Below, piece by piece: positions 38,231 to 47,142 of a DNA stretch of 64,000 nucleotides. The DNA is from Euryarchaeota archaeon UBA52. Its GTDB lineage: Archaea; Thermoplasmatota; Poseidoniia; Poseidoniales; Thalassarchaeaceae. Positions within the stretch are counted from its first letter, which is position 1. Every line of letters begins with the position of its first letter. The DNA is taken from contig DAVB01000060.1 of NCBI GenBank assembly GCA_002505455.1, forward strand, positions 1-64,000, written 5' to 3'. A program made the translations under genes and the position numbers. The notes beneath the pieces are model-generated. The model was given only the letters and a program-made list of their open reading frames with translations, was not told the origin of the DNA and did not search any database.

Positions 38231-40801
38231 GTGTCATTGATCGTCGATACTGCACCATCAAACTCCGAAGCCAAACCCCGGAGAATACGGGGACTCCATC
38301 GAAGAAGGGTTCTTTCCGCCCTATTTCGCTCTGACTTGACAGTAGCCCAGATATCTCGGCAGACCAATCTCAGGATGCCCCACGTTTCTGCTGAACTGAA
38401 ACGCCTCAGAAAAGAGGAAATGGTCGGCAGTACTGGCGCCCCTGGAGCCCGTGGCTCCTCAATATACCTCACACACAGAGGTAGAGAGGCCATGATCATG
38501 GATGAGGCCCACAGGGTCCAGTCATGTACGCCGATCCCCCCTTCAAGTAACGCTGTTTGCATGGTGTCGCGTGATCGAGATCGACTTCTACTCGCTTCTA
38601 CCATGCCATTCAATCAAGCTTCAATAGCAATCCCCGATCGCCCCTTTTCTAATACGGACTCCAGTGGAAGCGAAGGGGTCATTTGGGTGCTCGCCGAAGT
38701 AGAAAACCAAACACATCGATGGATCAATCCACATACAGGAAAATTGTGCCCCAAACCGAGTGCAGCAGTAGATCCAGCTAAGATCGAGTCCTTCTCCGAA
38801 GTCGATAGGCCATTGTGCATTTTTCATGCTCGAATAATCGAGTCAGGAAGACCGATTTCAATTATCCCCGGAACTTGGTTCTCCCCTAAGTTCGAATTGG
38901 CGAGACACCCATTCTCCTCACACTCTGAGTCAAGCATACGATTGGGAACCATAAATCCCAATTCTCCCCCTGTATTTTCACCTGAAATACTTGTAGTTGA
39001 TATCGAGGGGCGAATGGGTAGATCGCTAATATCAAGAATCATTCCTGATGATTTTCTTGTAATTGGCAGAGTACAGGATAACAAAAATCCACAATCTGTT
39101 TTCCCGCTGGAGGCATTGGATAATTGGATACGTTTAGCCCATCCAAGAACAAATCCTTCAGAACATCGTCGAAGATCACAGGCCTTGAAAGATAGAATAT
39201 CATTCAGAAGAAGATCGCGTGTCCCTGAAGAGACTCTAAGAAGATTCAGACTAGACTGGGGAGACTCCCTCTTCGAGAACAAGACAACCCACACCGATCG
39301 TTTGAACACTTCCAATCTCGGCCCCAGAGCAAGACGTTCATTGATCGAATGGGCGATCCAGTCAAATACCCAGATTCCGATGTTGGTTGAGATTGAAGAA
39401 GACCTGCCAGAACATCTAATCCATGATTGTATGAGACATTTAGATCGAGGCATCATACTAACACACCCGTTAGTCGATGTCCCTGGAGTAGCCAGGCTGA
39501 GTGCTGATCCTGCGCGGCCACTTCCATGGACAAGGTATTCAGATCCTGCTGGATTATCATCTCCTGTTCGCATCGATGATGGCAAGCCAAACCAATTTTC
39601 CACGATTCCAATAAATGAAACAGAATTAATCCAATCAAGGTTGGAAGTTCAATTAGACACCTCAGAGTCTTCAGATCCGATTATTCTGAAATCAATAGTT
39701 GAGATGCTTGGCCGAGATGAGGATTGGGCCAACTTGATTGAAGCAGAGCACCCGGAAGCATCTCTGATAGCCACGCCACCGGGTCTTAGATGGCACAGGT
39801 GGAAACGAATCAGGGATAGGGTACACATCAAATGGCTGGCAATGATCCGCCTCGAGGATATGCCTGAATACGAAGTTCATGAACTCATGAATCAAACCAA
39901 CACAGATATGCAATCAGCATATTCGGAGCAATTCAGAGAAATAATATCTGAAAATCCAACTTTCGCTTTTGATGTACGACCAATGACTCCCCCGGAGTCC
40001 TCGACTCGGGGATCATCATGGGTTGCTTCACGACTCCTAACTTTTGCAAATTACATCCCGAGAGATATGGTTGACGATCTCAAAAGTTGGGCTATTCCTG
40101 CATGGCTCCAGAATCCTCCAAGCATATCTGTCGACACACTTTCTGCTGCCATGAAAATACAAGATTGGGGCAATCCTGACGAATTCTTTGATGAGGTGCA
40201 TAAGTCAGCGAACAATCATCCAAATTCAGATTTGAGCACCTGGTCAAGATTCGTCCGCATAACGCAGGGAAGAGGCAGATTGACTCCATCTTTCTCCAGT
40301 ATTGTAATCCAACATCTTCCCATGGAGTGGTACGCACCATTCTCGGAACAATTATTGTTGAACATCATCAAAATGGAAAATTGGTGGGATCAAACCAATA
40401 TATCTTCCATTCCATGGGCCGCGTTAATACTCAGGCCTAAGGGCGAATATCACACACTACCCGGGACAAACGGACTAGAACACCCCGGTCCGAGTAAGGA
40501 CTTACTCCGCAGACTCGAAGACTCAATAGAATCTGAACTGGGCTTGGAAAATCTTGAAGATCTGAAGTTAATTCATATCTCAGATCTCTTAATGGCCTTA
40601 GAAAAAGCCTCAACAGGATCACCTCCAGTAGACGGAAAGAGCCACAAGATGGTTGGGTGGCTAGCCCAACCCCTCGATAAATGGCCTGATATGGCGCATA
40701 TTGAAACCATGCAGGGAGATCCTTTGATTATGGCTAGATTAATCATGGGTCGGAGTAAATATGCTGTCGATACACGTCCTGAACCGTATTCCATGACTTG
40801 A
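38231..40801 (+). CDS. 856-aa protein with an N-terminal ArsR/TrmB-like winged HTH followed by ~770 aa of unrecognised, Arg/Trp/Pro-rich sequence
   Basis: Residues ~20-95, RRVLSALFRSDLTVAQISRQTNLRMPHVSAELKRLRKEEMVG…IYLTHRGREAM, form an HTH-wing. No Walker, nuclease or other catalytic motif was found in the remainder. The ORF is uninterrupted for 2.57 kb. Confidence 0.7.
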   Translation: MSLIVDTAPSNSEAKPRRIRGLHRRRVLSALFRSDLTVAQISRQTNLRMPHVSAELKRLRKEEMVGSTGAPGARGSSIYLTHRGREAMIMDEAHRVQSCTPIPPSSNAVCMVSRDRDRLLLASTMPFNQASIAIPDRPFSNTDSSGSEGVIWVLAEVENQTHRWINPHTGKLCPKPSAAVDPAKIESFSEVDRPLCIFHARIIESGRPISIIPGTWFSPKFELARHPFSSHSESSIRLGTINPNSPPVFSPEILVVDIEGRMGRSLISRIIPDDFLVIGRVQDNKNPQSVFPLEALDNWIRLAHPRTNPSEHRRRSQALKDRISFRRRSRVPEETLRRFRLDWGDSLFENKTTHTDRLNTSNLGPRARRSLIEWAIQSNTQIPMLVEIEEDLPEHLIHDCMRHLDRGIILTHPLVDVPGVARLSADPARPLPWTRYSDPAGLSSPVRIDDGKPNQFSTIPINETELIQSRLEVQLDTSESSDPIILKSIVEMLGRDEDWANLIEAEHPEASLIATPPGLRWHRWKRIRDRVHIKWLAMIRLEDMPEYEVHELMNQTNTDMQSAYSEQFREIISENPTFAFDVRPMTPPESSTRGSSWVASRLLTFANYIPRDMVDDLKSWAIPAWLQNPPSISVDTLSAAMKIQDWGNPDEFFDEVHKSANNHPNSDLSTWSRFVRITQGRGRLTPSFSSIVIQHLPMEWYAPFSEQLLLNIIKMENWWDQTNISSIPWAALILRPKGEYHTLPGTNGLEHPGPSKDLLRRLEDSIESELGLENLEDLKLIHISDLLMALEKASTGSPPVDGKSHKMVGWLAQPLDKWPDMAHIETMQGDPLIMARLIMGRSKYAVDTRPEPYSMT

Positions 40802-41133
40802 TATCTACAACATTCTTCCGATATAATGCCCGTCCGGCAACACCGCGTCGACGAAGCCCCCACGCCGGAGGCTTAGGATGAACCGCGGTACCACGGTTCG
40901 GGCCACCGGACGACGAAGACCGCCGTGACCTTTTGGTATGATCTGCGGAGCAATCGTACGGATGGAGGATGATGGGTCCCCAGATGACTACGGAATGACT
41001 CATGGGACAACCCCATCCTCCTACAGACGTCCCGGGGTGGGTCAGGGCCCGGAGCCATCGCGATGATGGCGCCCGTTACGCCCCGGGGCACAATATCCGC
41101 AGTCCTAAAGTTCGACACTCAAGATGGAGGCAC
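40802..41133. ncRNA. GC-rich (~62 %) non-coding island with multiple stable stem-loops. Candidate structured RNA of unknown family.
   Basis: Stem-loops read from sequence include ggaggatg…catcctcc with an inner gtccc/gggac stem, a tcccgggg…ccccggg(a) stem, and gccatc-gcgat-gatggc. The only ORFs are short Arg-rich spurious ones on both strands. SRP RNA (CCGGAAGG…AGCA) and RNase P (GGAAAGUCC, CCGGCUUA) hallmarks were not found. Confidence 0.25.
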
Positions 41134-42150
41134 ATGTTCCGACGCGGCCTTCTCGGCGGAACCTTCGACCGTGCGCATGAGGGACACGCCATACTAATCG
41201 CCCAAGCATTGGAGCATTGTGCCCATCTTGAGATATGGATTGCTAGCGACGATGTTGCGAAGATGAAAGATAAGAGATGTTGGGACTGGAGCAGACGACG
41301 CTCAGAAATCGAGAAGATCATTGAACCAAATTCTAGGGGCAGAGTATCATTCGACGTTCTTCATGATTCCTTTGGGCCTGCAACCAAACACGCAAATGCA
41401 GATGCCATAATATGTACGAATGAGACTCTTCCGGGCTGTGAAGAAATAAACAGAATTCGAATAGAGAATCAAATGAAACCCCTTGAAACCATTGTGGTAG
41501 AGCATGCCAGAGGGCCTGATGGTCAAGTAATCTCAAGCTCGCGTATTCGCAACGGTACAATAGATCAGTCAGGAGAATTGTTCGTGCATGAATCAGATTT
41601 CAAAGGCACGAAGATCCTCACGTCTGAGGTTGAGTTGATGTTGAAAACTCCTTTCGGCATATTGCATGAGGGTCCAGAATCCGATCATGGTGTAGCTCTA
41701 ACCAAGGCCCTTCAATCCATACAAAGCAACTTGAATATCATTGCAGTCGGAGATGTAACTGTTTTGGGACTACTCAAACTTTCATGTGTTCCTGACATTG
41801 CACTAATAGATGGAATGACAAAACGACACGAGTGGCCCGATACAAAACTCATTGACCGTTCAAAATTCGACATAATTTCCACCGCTCATAACCCGGCGGG
41901 AAAATTAACTCCACAATTATTTGAAACTTGCAAGAACGCTGTCAATTCACTTAATCAGCGGCTAAAGTCGCTGATCGTAGTTGAGGGAGAAGAAGACCTT
42001 GCACCAATAGTACTTCATTTGCTTCTACCTATTGATTCAGTGGTAATTTATGGGCAACCTGGTAAAGGGGTTGTAACTCGGGTGACCGATCTGGAGACTA
42101 AGGAAAATTGCAGGGCTATCCTCGAATCAATGACTTTTGAAAAATCATGA
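41134..42150 (+). CDS. coaD: Fusion protein: archaeal-type phosphopantetheine adenylyltransferase (PPAT, cytidylyltransferase fold) plus a DUF359 / GTP-dependent dephospho-CoA kinase-like domain
   Basis: N-domain has GGTFDRAHEGH (HxGH nucleotidyltransferase motif) … ISSSRIRNG. C-domain has …AVGDVTV…VVEGEEDLAPIV…, the conserved GD and EGEEDL blocks I associate with COG1909/DUF359. The ORF-track start at 41002 lies in the GC island and is rejected. Start at M45 (MFRRGLLGG). Confidence 0.7.
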   Translation: MFRRGLLGGTFDRAHEGHAILIAQALEHCAHLEIWIASDDVAKMKDKRCWDWSRRRSEIEKIIEPNSRGRVSFDVLHDSFGPATKHANADAIICTNETLPGCEEINRIRIENQMKPLETIVVEHARGPDGQVISSSRIRNGTIDQSGELFVHESDFKGTKILTSEVELMLKTPFGILHEGPESDHGVALTKALQSIQSNLNIIAVGDVTVLGLLKLSCVPDIALIDGMTKRHEWPDTKLIDRSKFDIISTAHNPAGKLTPQLFETCKNAVNSLNQRLKSLIVVEGEEDLAPIVLHLLLPIDSVVIYGQPGKGVVTRVTDLETKENCRAILESMTFEKS

Positions 42151-42167
42151 GCGAGGAAAAGCCCGCA

Positions 42168-42710
42168 TTATTCGTGCATGGCCTCAATGCCCAGGCCACT
42201 ACAAATCATGACTATGGAAACCGAATAAACACCTGGATCAACCCACGTGGTATTAATTGTGGACCAGATTACGTAGAACAAAATCCCTCCGACTACCAGC
42301 CAGTTTGCCACAATAAGAGACAACTGGCCTTCTGAACCCACCATTTGACGAGGTCTCTGTGCTATTGAATATAGGAACGCGCGTAGTCCAGAGGATGATT
42401 CTATGCCCCTTCCTCCGACAACGATTAGAATCGTTGCAAGAAGTAATGCAACAACATCACCGAGACCGATAGATATGGAAGAATGCGCTGAATACGCCTC
42501 AGAGAGGCTTGAACCATCGATGAAGCCTAACCATTCAATTTTCTGACCTGGAGCGAAAGCACCGAATGTTATGTTGACCAGCGAGACAAAGGCAAGCCAC
42601 GTCCCTATACAGAATGAAACAACCGACAAGAATCGGCTAGGCTTGGTTACCTCATCCTTCCAAGAACTCTGTACCATCGCTCGCGCCACCTTGGCCCTCT
42701 GTTTAACCAT
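42168..42710 (-). CDS. Hypothetical integral membrane protein (4-5 TM)
   Basis: 180 aa and mostly hydrophobic. No motif recognised. Confidence 0.45.
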   Translation of the reverse strand: MVKQRAKVARAMVQSSWKDEVTKPSRFLSVVSFCIGTWLAFVSLVNITFGAFAPGQKIEWLGFIDGSSLSEAYSAHSSISIGLGDVVALLLATILIVVGGRGIESSSGLRAFLYSIAQRPRQMVGSEGQLSLIVANWLVVGGILFYVIWSTINTTWVDPGVYSVSIVMICSGLGIEAMHE

Positions 42711-42729
42711 TACCGGGGCGAATCATAAC

Positions 42730-43968
42730 TCAGAGAGGCCTCTGGAGACGATATTTCCCCTTCGAAGCCTCTACAATAAGTGGTTCTGAGTCTCTCAATT
42801 CATTCATAACGTCAAGAGACTCCGGTATCGCCGAATTAATCTGTTTACTCCTTCCGCCACGACCTTTGCTGACATTCCTTGCGATTATTATTCCAAGATT
42901 GTCTAATTCGTTTAGAAGCGAGGATATTCTTCGGGGCGTCAGAGGTTCTATCATAATCCTATGACATACTTCTGAATAAGTCCTGAATATTTCCCCGGTG
43001 GAAATATTCCTGAGCCCATTGTTTTCATTCAAGCAGATAGAAAAGAGCAGAATCTTTTGTTGAAGAGGAAGGGTTCTGAGGACAGGAGTTAGCTGGTCAT
43101 GCTCAAGCTGACTCTGTGCAAGTCTGACATGCCCCTTGTCCACCAAATCATGATCCATTTTTTGCGCCTTCTTGATTGCAATTCTGAGAAGATCAAGAGC
43201 TCTCCGTGCATCGCCATGTTCCTGAGCAGCCAAAGCAGAACACAGTCCGATCACGCCATTATCCAGAGCACCAGGGCGAACTCCTCTCAGCACCCTATCT
43301 TCGAGAATATCGTTTATCTGATCAGCACCATATGGGTGGAAGACAAGATCAATCTGAGCAAGCCTCGAAGCCACTTGAGGCGTCAACATCTTAGTGAAGT
43401 AAAGGTCGTTGCTAATGCCAATGATACAGCATCTGGACGACTCTAATTCCAAGTTGAGATTCGTAAGGTTGTATATTATCGAATCTCCAACTTTCGAGAC
43501 AAGGTGATCTATCTCGTCAAGCACTATCACGTGGATACCGCCTCTCCGATCCATTCTCCTACGAAACTCTTCGAGAACTCTGTCAGTCGGCCATCCAGTG
43601 AAGGGAATCTTCACATCTTCATCCCGCTCAAGACAGTTTGCAAGAGCTTGAACAACTCGATATTTGGTATCCACAGTTCTGCAGTTAATCGTGTAGGCTT
43701 TAACAGCGGTTCCATTAGACCTTCCTTTGGCTTTGAGTTGTTTCAGCACCGTCTTAGTGACAATTGTCTTTCCTGAGCCAGGAACCCCATACAGGAGCAT
43801 GTTCGATGGAATATGCCCTCTTAGGGCTTCAACAAGATTCTCCCCAAGAGCTCGAATCTCCTTCTCACGATGAGGGAGATTTTGAGGCTCAAAGCCATGT
43901 TCGAAAGCCCCCCTGTTTACGAAAAGAGAATCATTTTCGATAAGAGAATCGAAAATATTCTCTCTCAT
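42730..43968 (-). CDS. cdc6: Orc1/Cdc6 replication initiator (AAA+ plus C-terminal winged helix)
   Basis: LLYGVPGSGKTIVTK (Walker A), …IHVIVLDEIDHL (Walker B), and a winged-helix tail …LGIIIARNVSKGRGGRSKQI…. Confidence 0.95.
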   Translation of the reverse strand: MRENIFDSLIENDSLFVNRGAFEHGFEPQNLPHREKEIRALGENLVEALRGHIPSNMLLYGVPGSGKTIVTKTVLKQLKAKGRSNGTAVKAYTINCRTVDTKYRVVQALANCLERDEDVKIPFTGWPTDRVLEEFRRRMDRRGGIHVIVLDEIDHLVSKVGDSIIYNLTNLNLELESSRCCIIGISNDLYFTKMLTPQVASRLAQIDLVFHPYGADQINDILEDRVLRGVRPGALDNGVIGLCSALAAQEHGDARRALDLLRIAIKKAQKMDHDLVDKGHVRLAQSQLEHDQLTPVLRTLPLQQKILLFSICLNENNGLRNISTGEIFRTYSEVCHRIMIEPLTPRRISSLLNELDNLGIIIARNVSKGRGGRSKQINSAIPESLDVMNELRDSEPLIVEASKGKYRLQRPL

Positions 43969-44352
43969 TTTTTAACACCCTAATCTTACATATTGCTACA
44001 CATGATTATCCCCGGTCAGGCCGGGGATGCTCAAATGCGCAGGACTCGACCGATGCACTCTTCGATAATAAACGTCCCCTAGAGTTCATTCACTGTGGAA
44101 CCAGTTAATGCCCATAGTACGGATATAAATGAACACCTTTATTGGGCCTGTTATCGTAATTTTATTAACAAAATAAAACACCATGTAGTTTGAAATCTAT
44201 GCAACGAGCCGAGGCATACAATTCAAAAAAAAAATTCTAAAGAAACCCAATGATAAAAGGTATCTGAAGAGAATAACAACCCGTTATTCAGCATGGTTAG
44301 ATCTTCCTTCTCCTGCGCAAAATCGTTGTAATAATGATATTAAATTATAATA
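43969..44352. other. Candidate chromosomal replication origin (oriC). The intergenic region next to orc1/cdc6 is AT-rich (~70 % AT over 44.10-44.35 kb).
   Basis: Contains the inverted repeat ATCCCCGG-tcagg-CCGGGGAT (44008-44028), one ORB-like element (GTTCCACAGTGAA on the minus strand, 44088-44102), an A10 tract, and AT-rich unwinding-element-like sequence. Archaeal origins typically abut orc1/cdc6. Confidence 0.4.
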
Positions 44353-45138
44353 TTAATTAACATTAAAAGAACCGTCGTCATTCACTTGTAACCAATCTCC
44401 ATCTTCCAGTTGGTGTACTGATTCAGGCAATTCCGCCATCTTGAAACCCGATTCAACGCCCTTGCCGGATGCGTAATTGTGAGTGACCAAAACCTTGACC
44501 TCAGGATGTCTTTGAACGAATGAAATGACATCGGACGGTCGATGGTGATAGGGAAACTCTCCGATGTCGGGAACTCCCATTTCAAGGACCACTACATCAA
44601 CTTCGACGGACCTCCTTTCAATCTCATCACAAGGCCCAGAATCACCACAATGCAGTAGTCTGAAACCGCTGTTATGAGTCAACTCATATCCATGAGGATC
44701 CGTCTCAGGGGTGTGATGTACTGGAAATCTTTCATACACCCAATCTGTACCCTCAAGATGCCCGGATTCATCCGTATTCCAATGAATCGAGTTCTTCAGA
44801 GAATCCTCAAGACTACCTGGAAATGCCATCTTACAAAGCGAAGAGAAAAACTCCTCCCCGCCCGGCCTTGAATATACTGATAGATCATTATCGCTGTTTG
44901 GATCGGTTATGTATTTCCTGTCTAGTAAAATAAATGGCATTCCGAATGTATGGTCTCCGTGCCAGTGTGTTATCAACACATGAACGATGCTTGAGGAATC
45001 AAGCCCTGTTCTCCTGAGCTGAGCCATGATTGTTGGGGGAAGGTCAACCAGGATTTTTCCGTCGATGCAAATAGATGCGTGTAACCTCCCGGGAGGTGCA
45101 AACGCATTGCCTGTACCAATGAAGTCGATACGAGCCAC
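44353..45138 (-). CDS. MBL-fold metallo-hydrolase
   Basis: VLITHWHGDHTFG is the HxHxDH zinc motif. 261 aa. Confidence 0.8.
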   Translation of the reverse strand: MARIDFIGTGNAFAPPGRLHASICIDGKILVDLPPTIMAQLRRTGLDSSSIVHVLITHWHGDHTFGMPFILLDRKYITDPNSDNDLSVYSRPGGEEFFSSLCKMAFPGSLEDSLKNSIHWNTDESGHLEGTDWVYERFPVHHTPETDPHGYELTHNSGFRLLHCGDSGPCDEIERRSVEVDVVVLEMGVPDIGEFPYHHRPSDVISFVQRHPEVKVLVTHNYASGKGVESGFKMAELPESVHQLEDGDWLQVNDDGSFNVN

Positions 45139-45312
45139 GCATTACCCTGTGGGGTGTAGAACTTGACAACTTCGATGATCGACTCTCAATCACTGTTCAC
45201 ATGCTAATTTAGTCAAAAATAAGTTTAATTGGCCACGAATATAAAACACAAATGAGACGACGATTCCATTGATTCATAAGTGAGTCTTCTGTGCAATAAT
45301 TGGTGTTACAAC

Positions 45313-47136
45313 ATGGCTGAGCCAAGATCCATTCTAATACTCTACGGTTCACAATCCGGCAACTCCGAGGAACTTGCGATTCAAGCCGGTAAAATGTCCT
45401 CTCAGAGCGGACTAAAACCAACAGTCAAGGCAATGGATGAGATTGAGATAACTGAATTACTCACTCAACAAAGAGTGCTTGTATGTTGTAGCACTTGGGG
45501 AGATGGGGAACAGCCGGACAATGCCGAGGATCTTTGGGAGGCAGCCAATAGCGGCGCTATTGAGAGCTTGGACGGTATCAATTTCTCAGTACTCGCACTC
45601 GGGGATACCTCCTATGACTTGTTTTGCGAGTCTGGCAAAGAGTGGGATAGTTGGTTCCAGTCGAAAGGAGCAATTCGCGTTCATGATAGAGTAGACTGTG
45701 ACGTAGATTATGAGGAACCCGCCGGATTATGGATGGCCGCAGTGATCCCCAAAATGGCAGCGATCGAGGACGTCTTGGTAGAAACAACGCTACCTGAGGA
45801 AAACCAGCAGGAAGTCGTCGTCGTTAATTCTGAGGTACCCCCTCCAGAGAAGAGTAGTAAGTCCCAGTGGTCGGCAAAAAATCCCTACACTTCTCACTTA
45901 GATCAAAACTATGTCCTCAATGGAAAAGGATCGGGCAAAGAGACAAGACACATAGTATTCAACCTAGGATCCTCAGGGTTAGAGTACAAAGCCGGCGATG
46001 CGTTAGGCGTTATCCCAGTTGCTCCTCCCGACTTGGTGGAAGATTTGTTGACAGCCTCCGGATTCGACGGATCAGAGAATGTTGAAACTCATATGGGAGA
46101 AATGGAATTGAGACAAGCCTTGACTTCGGCCTTCGAAATACACAGACTGTCAAAAAAATGGGTCCGTGGACTGGGCCAACACCTCAGTACTCCGGAGGAA
46201 GTCTCTATCCGAATAGTATCCAGGACAAGGTCCTCGACCAATGATGGAACTATACTCGTTGAGTGGGAGGGAACGGGCGTTGAAGATGATATCCCGATAG
46301 ATTACTGTGAAATCGGCTCAGCGACAGACCCCTCGATCGATCTGTGGAACGACTTAGATCAAGACGACTCCAAACTGGAGGATTACATATGGAGCCGAGA
46401 CTATATCGACGCTCTGAATGACTTCGGCCATGTAGTTTCCACTCCTCAGCAACTCGTTGACGGAATGGATCGGCTAAAACCAAGATTATACTCTATAGCT
46501 AGTAGCCCTGATCACGAGCCAGGCACAGTTCACCTCACAGTTGGAATCGTTAGATACAATCATCATGATAGAGACAGGACCGGTCTTGCGACAGGGTTCC
46601 TCGCAGATAGGTGCGACGTGGGCGATTCTGAAATTGGCGTCTTTATGTCGCCTACTCGATCATTCATACTGCCTGAGGATAGATCAACAGACATAATCAT
46701 GGTAGGACCAGGAACAGGAATAGCACCATTCAGAGCCTTTTTGCAGCAGAGAGATATTGACGGGGCAACCGGGAGAAATTGGCTATTTTTCGGCGATTGG
46801 ACTGAATCTGGTGAAAATTACTACAAGGAAGAAATGGATGATTGGAAGGAACGGGGAATTTTGACCAAGCACGACCTAGCATGGTCCAGAGACGGCTCGG
46901 AGAAAGTGTATGTCCAGCATCTTATGAAGAAACATGGTGAAGAAATATGGGCATGGATAGACGGTGGTGCTTACTTCTATGTCTGTGGCGATAAGTCTAG
47001 AATGGCAAAAGACGTTCACAAGACGCTAATAGGCATCTGCGCCGAACATGGCGGTATGTCTGAAGAAGACGCTCATGAATTCGTGGAAACCCAGATGATG
47101 AGGACTGAGAAGAGATATCTCAGAGACGTATATTGA
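45313..47136 (+). CDS. Diflavin reductase (flavodoxin + FAD/NADPH ferredoxin-reductase module, CysJ / cytochrome-P450-reductase-like)
   Basis: ILILYGSQSGNSEELA (flavodoxin FMN site), RLYSIASSP (FAD) and GPGTGIAPFRAF (NADPH). Start taken at MAEPRS (45313) rather than the track's 45280. Confidence 0.85.
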   Translation: MAEPRSILILYGSQSGNSEELAIQAGKMSSQSGLKPTVKAMDEIEITELLTQQRVLVCCSTWGDGEQPDNAEDLWEAANSGAIESLDGINFSVLALGDTSYDLFCESGKEWDSWFQSKGAIRVHDRVDCDVDYEEPAGLWMAAVIPKMAAIEDVLVETTLPEENQQEVVVVNSEVPPPEKSSKSQWSAKNPYTSHLDQNYVLNGKGSGKETRHIVFNLGSSGLEYKAGDALGVIPVAPPDLVEDLLTASGFDGSENVETHMGEMELRQALTSAFEIHRLSKKWVRGLGQHLSTPEEVSIRIVSRTRSSTNDGTILVEWEGTGVEDDIPIDYCEIGSATDPSIDLWNDLDQDDSKLEDYIWSRDYIDALNDFGHVVSTPQQLVDGMDRLKPRLYSIASSPDHEPGTVHLTVGIVRYNHHDRDRTGLATGFLADRCDVGDSEIGVFMSPTRSFILPEDRSTDIIMVGPGTGIAPFRAFLQQRDIDGATGRNWLFFGDWTESGENYYKEEMDDWKERGILTKHDLAWSRDGSEKVYVQHLMKKHGEEIWAWIDGGAYFYVCGDKSRMAKDVHKTLIGICAEHGGMSEEDAHEFVETQMMRTEKRYLRDVY

Positions 47137-47142
47137 GAACTG

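Noticed and set aside
38824-39603. 259-aa minus-strand ORF inside the 856-aa gene
   Set aside because: It is Ser/Cys/Leu-rich antisense shadow. The + strand frame is open for 2.57 kb with a coherent HTH at its N-terminus.
40920-41075. C/D box sRNA within the GC island (GATGATGG occurrences)
   Set aside because: The motifs are GATGATG rather than RUGAUGA. No properly spaced CUGA box D/D' was found. The repeats are better explained as parts of palindromic stems (ccatcgcgatgg).
40743-41118. Two minus-strand ORFs (86 and 81 aa) inside the GC-rich island
   Set aside because: They are Arg/Pro/Ser-rich with no motifs, and they overlap each other in different frames. This is typical of spurious ORFs in GC-rich structured-RNA or non-coding sequence.
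41002-41133. N-terminal 44 codons of the ORF-track call 41002..42150 (MGQPHPPTDVPGWVRARSHRDDGARYAPG…)
   Set aside because: It is Arg/His-rich nonsense lying in the GC-rich island. The PPAT HxGH motif begins immediately after Met45, so the start was moved to 41134.
40802-41133. Assigning the GC island to SRP RNA or RNase P RNA
   Set aside because: The conserved helix-8 CCGGAAGG…AGCA motif and the RNase P P4 sequences (GGAAAGUCC…, …CCGGCUUA) were not found by eye on either strand. The region was therefore left as an unclassified candidate RNA.
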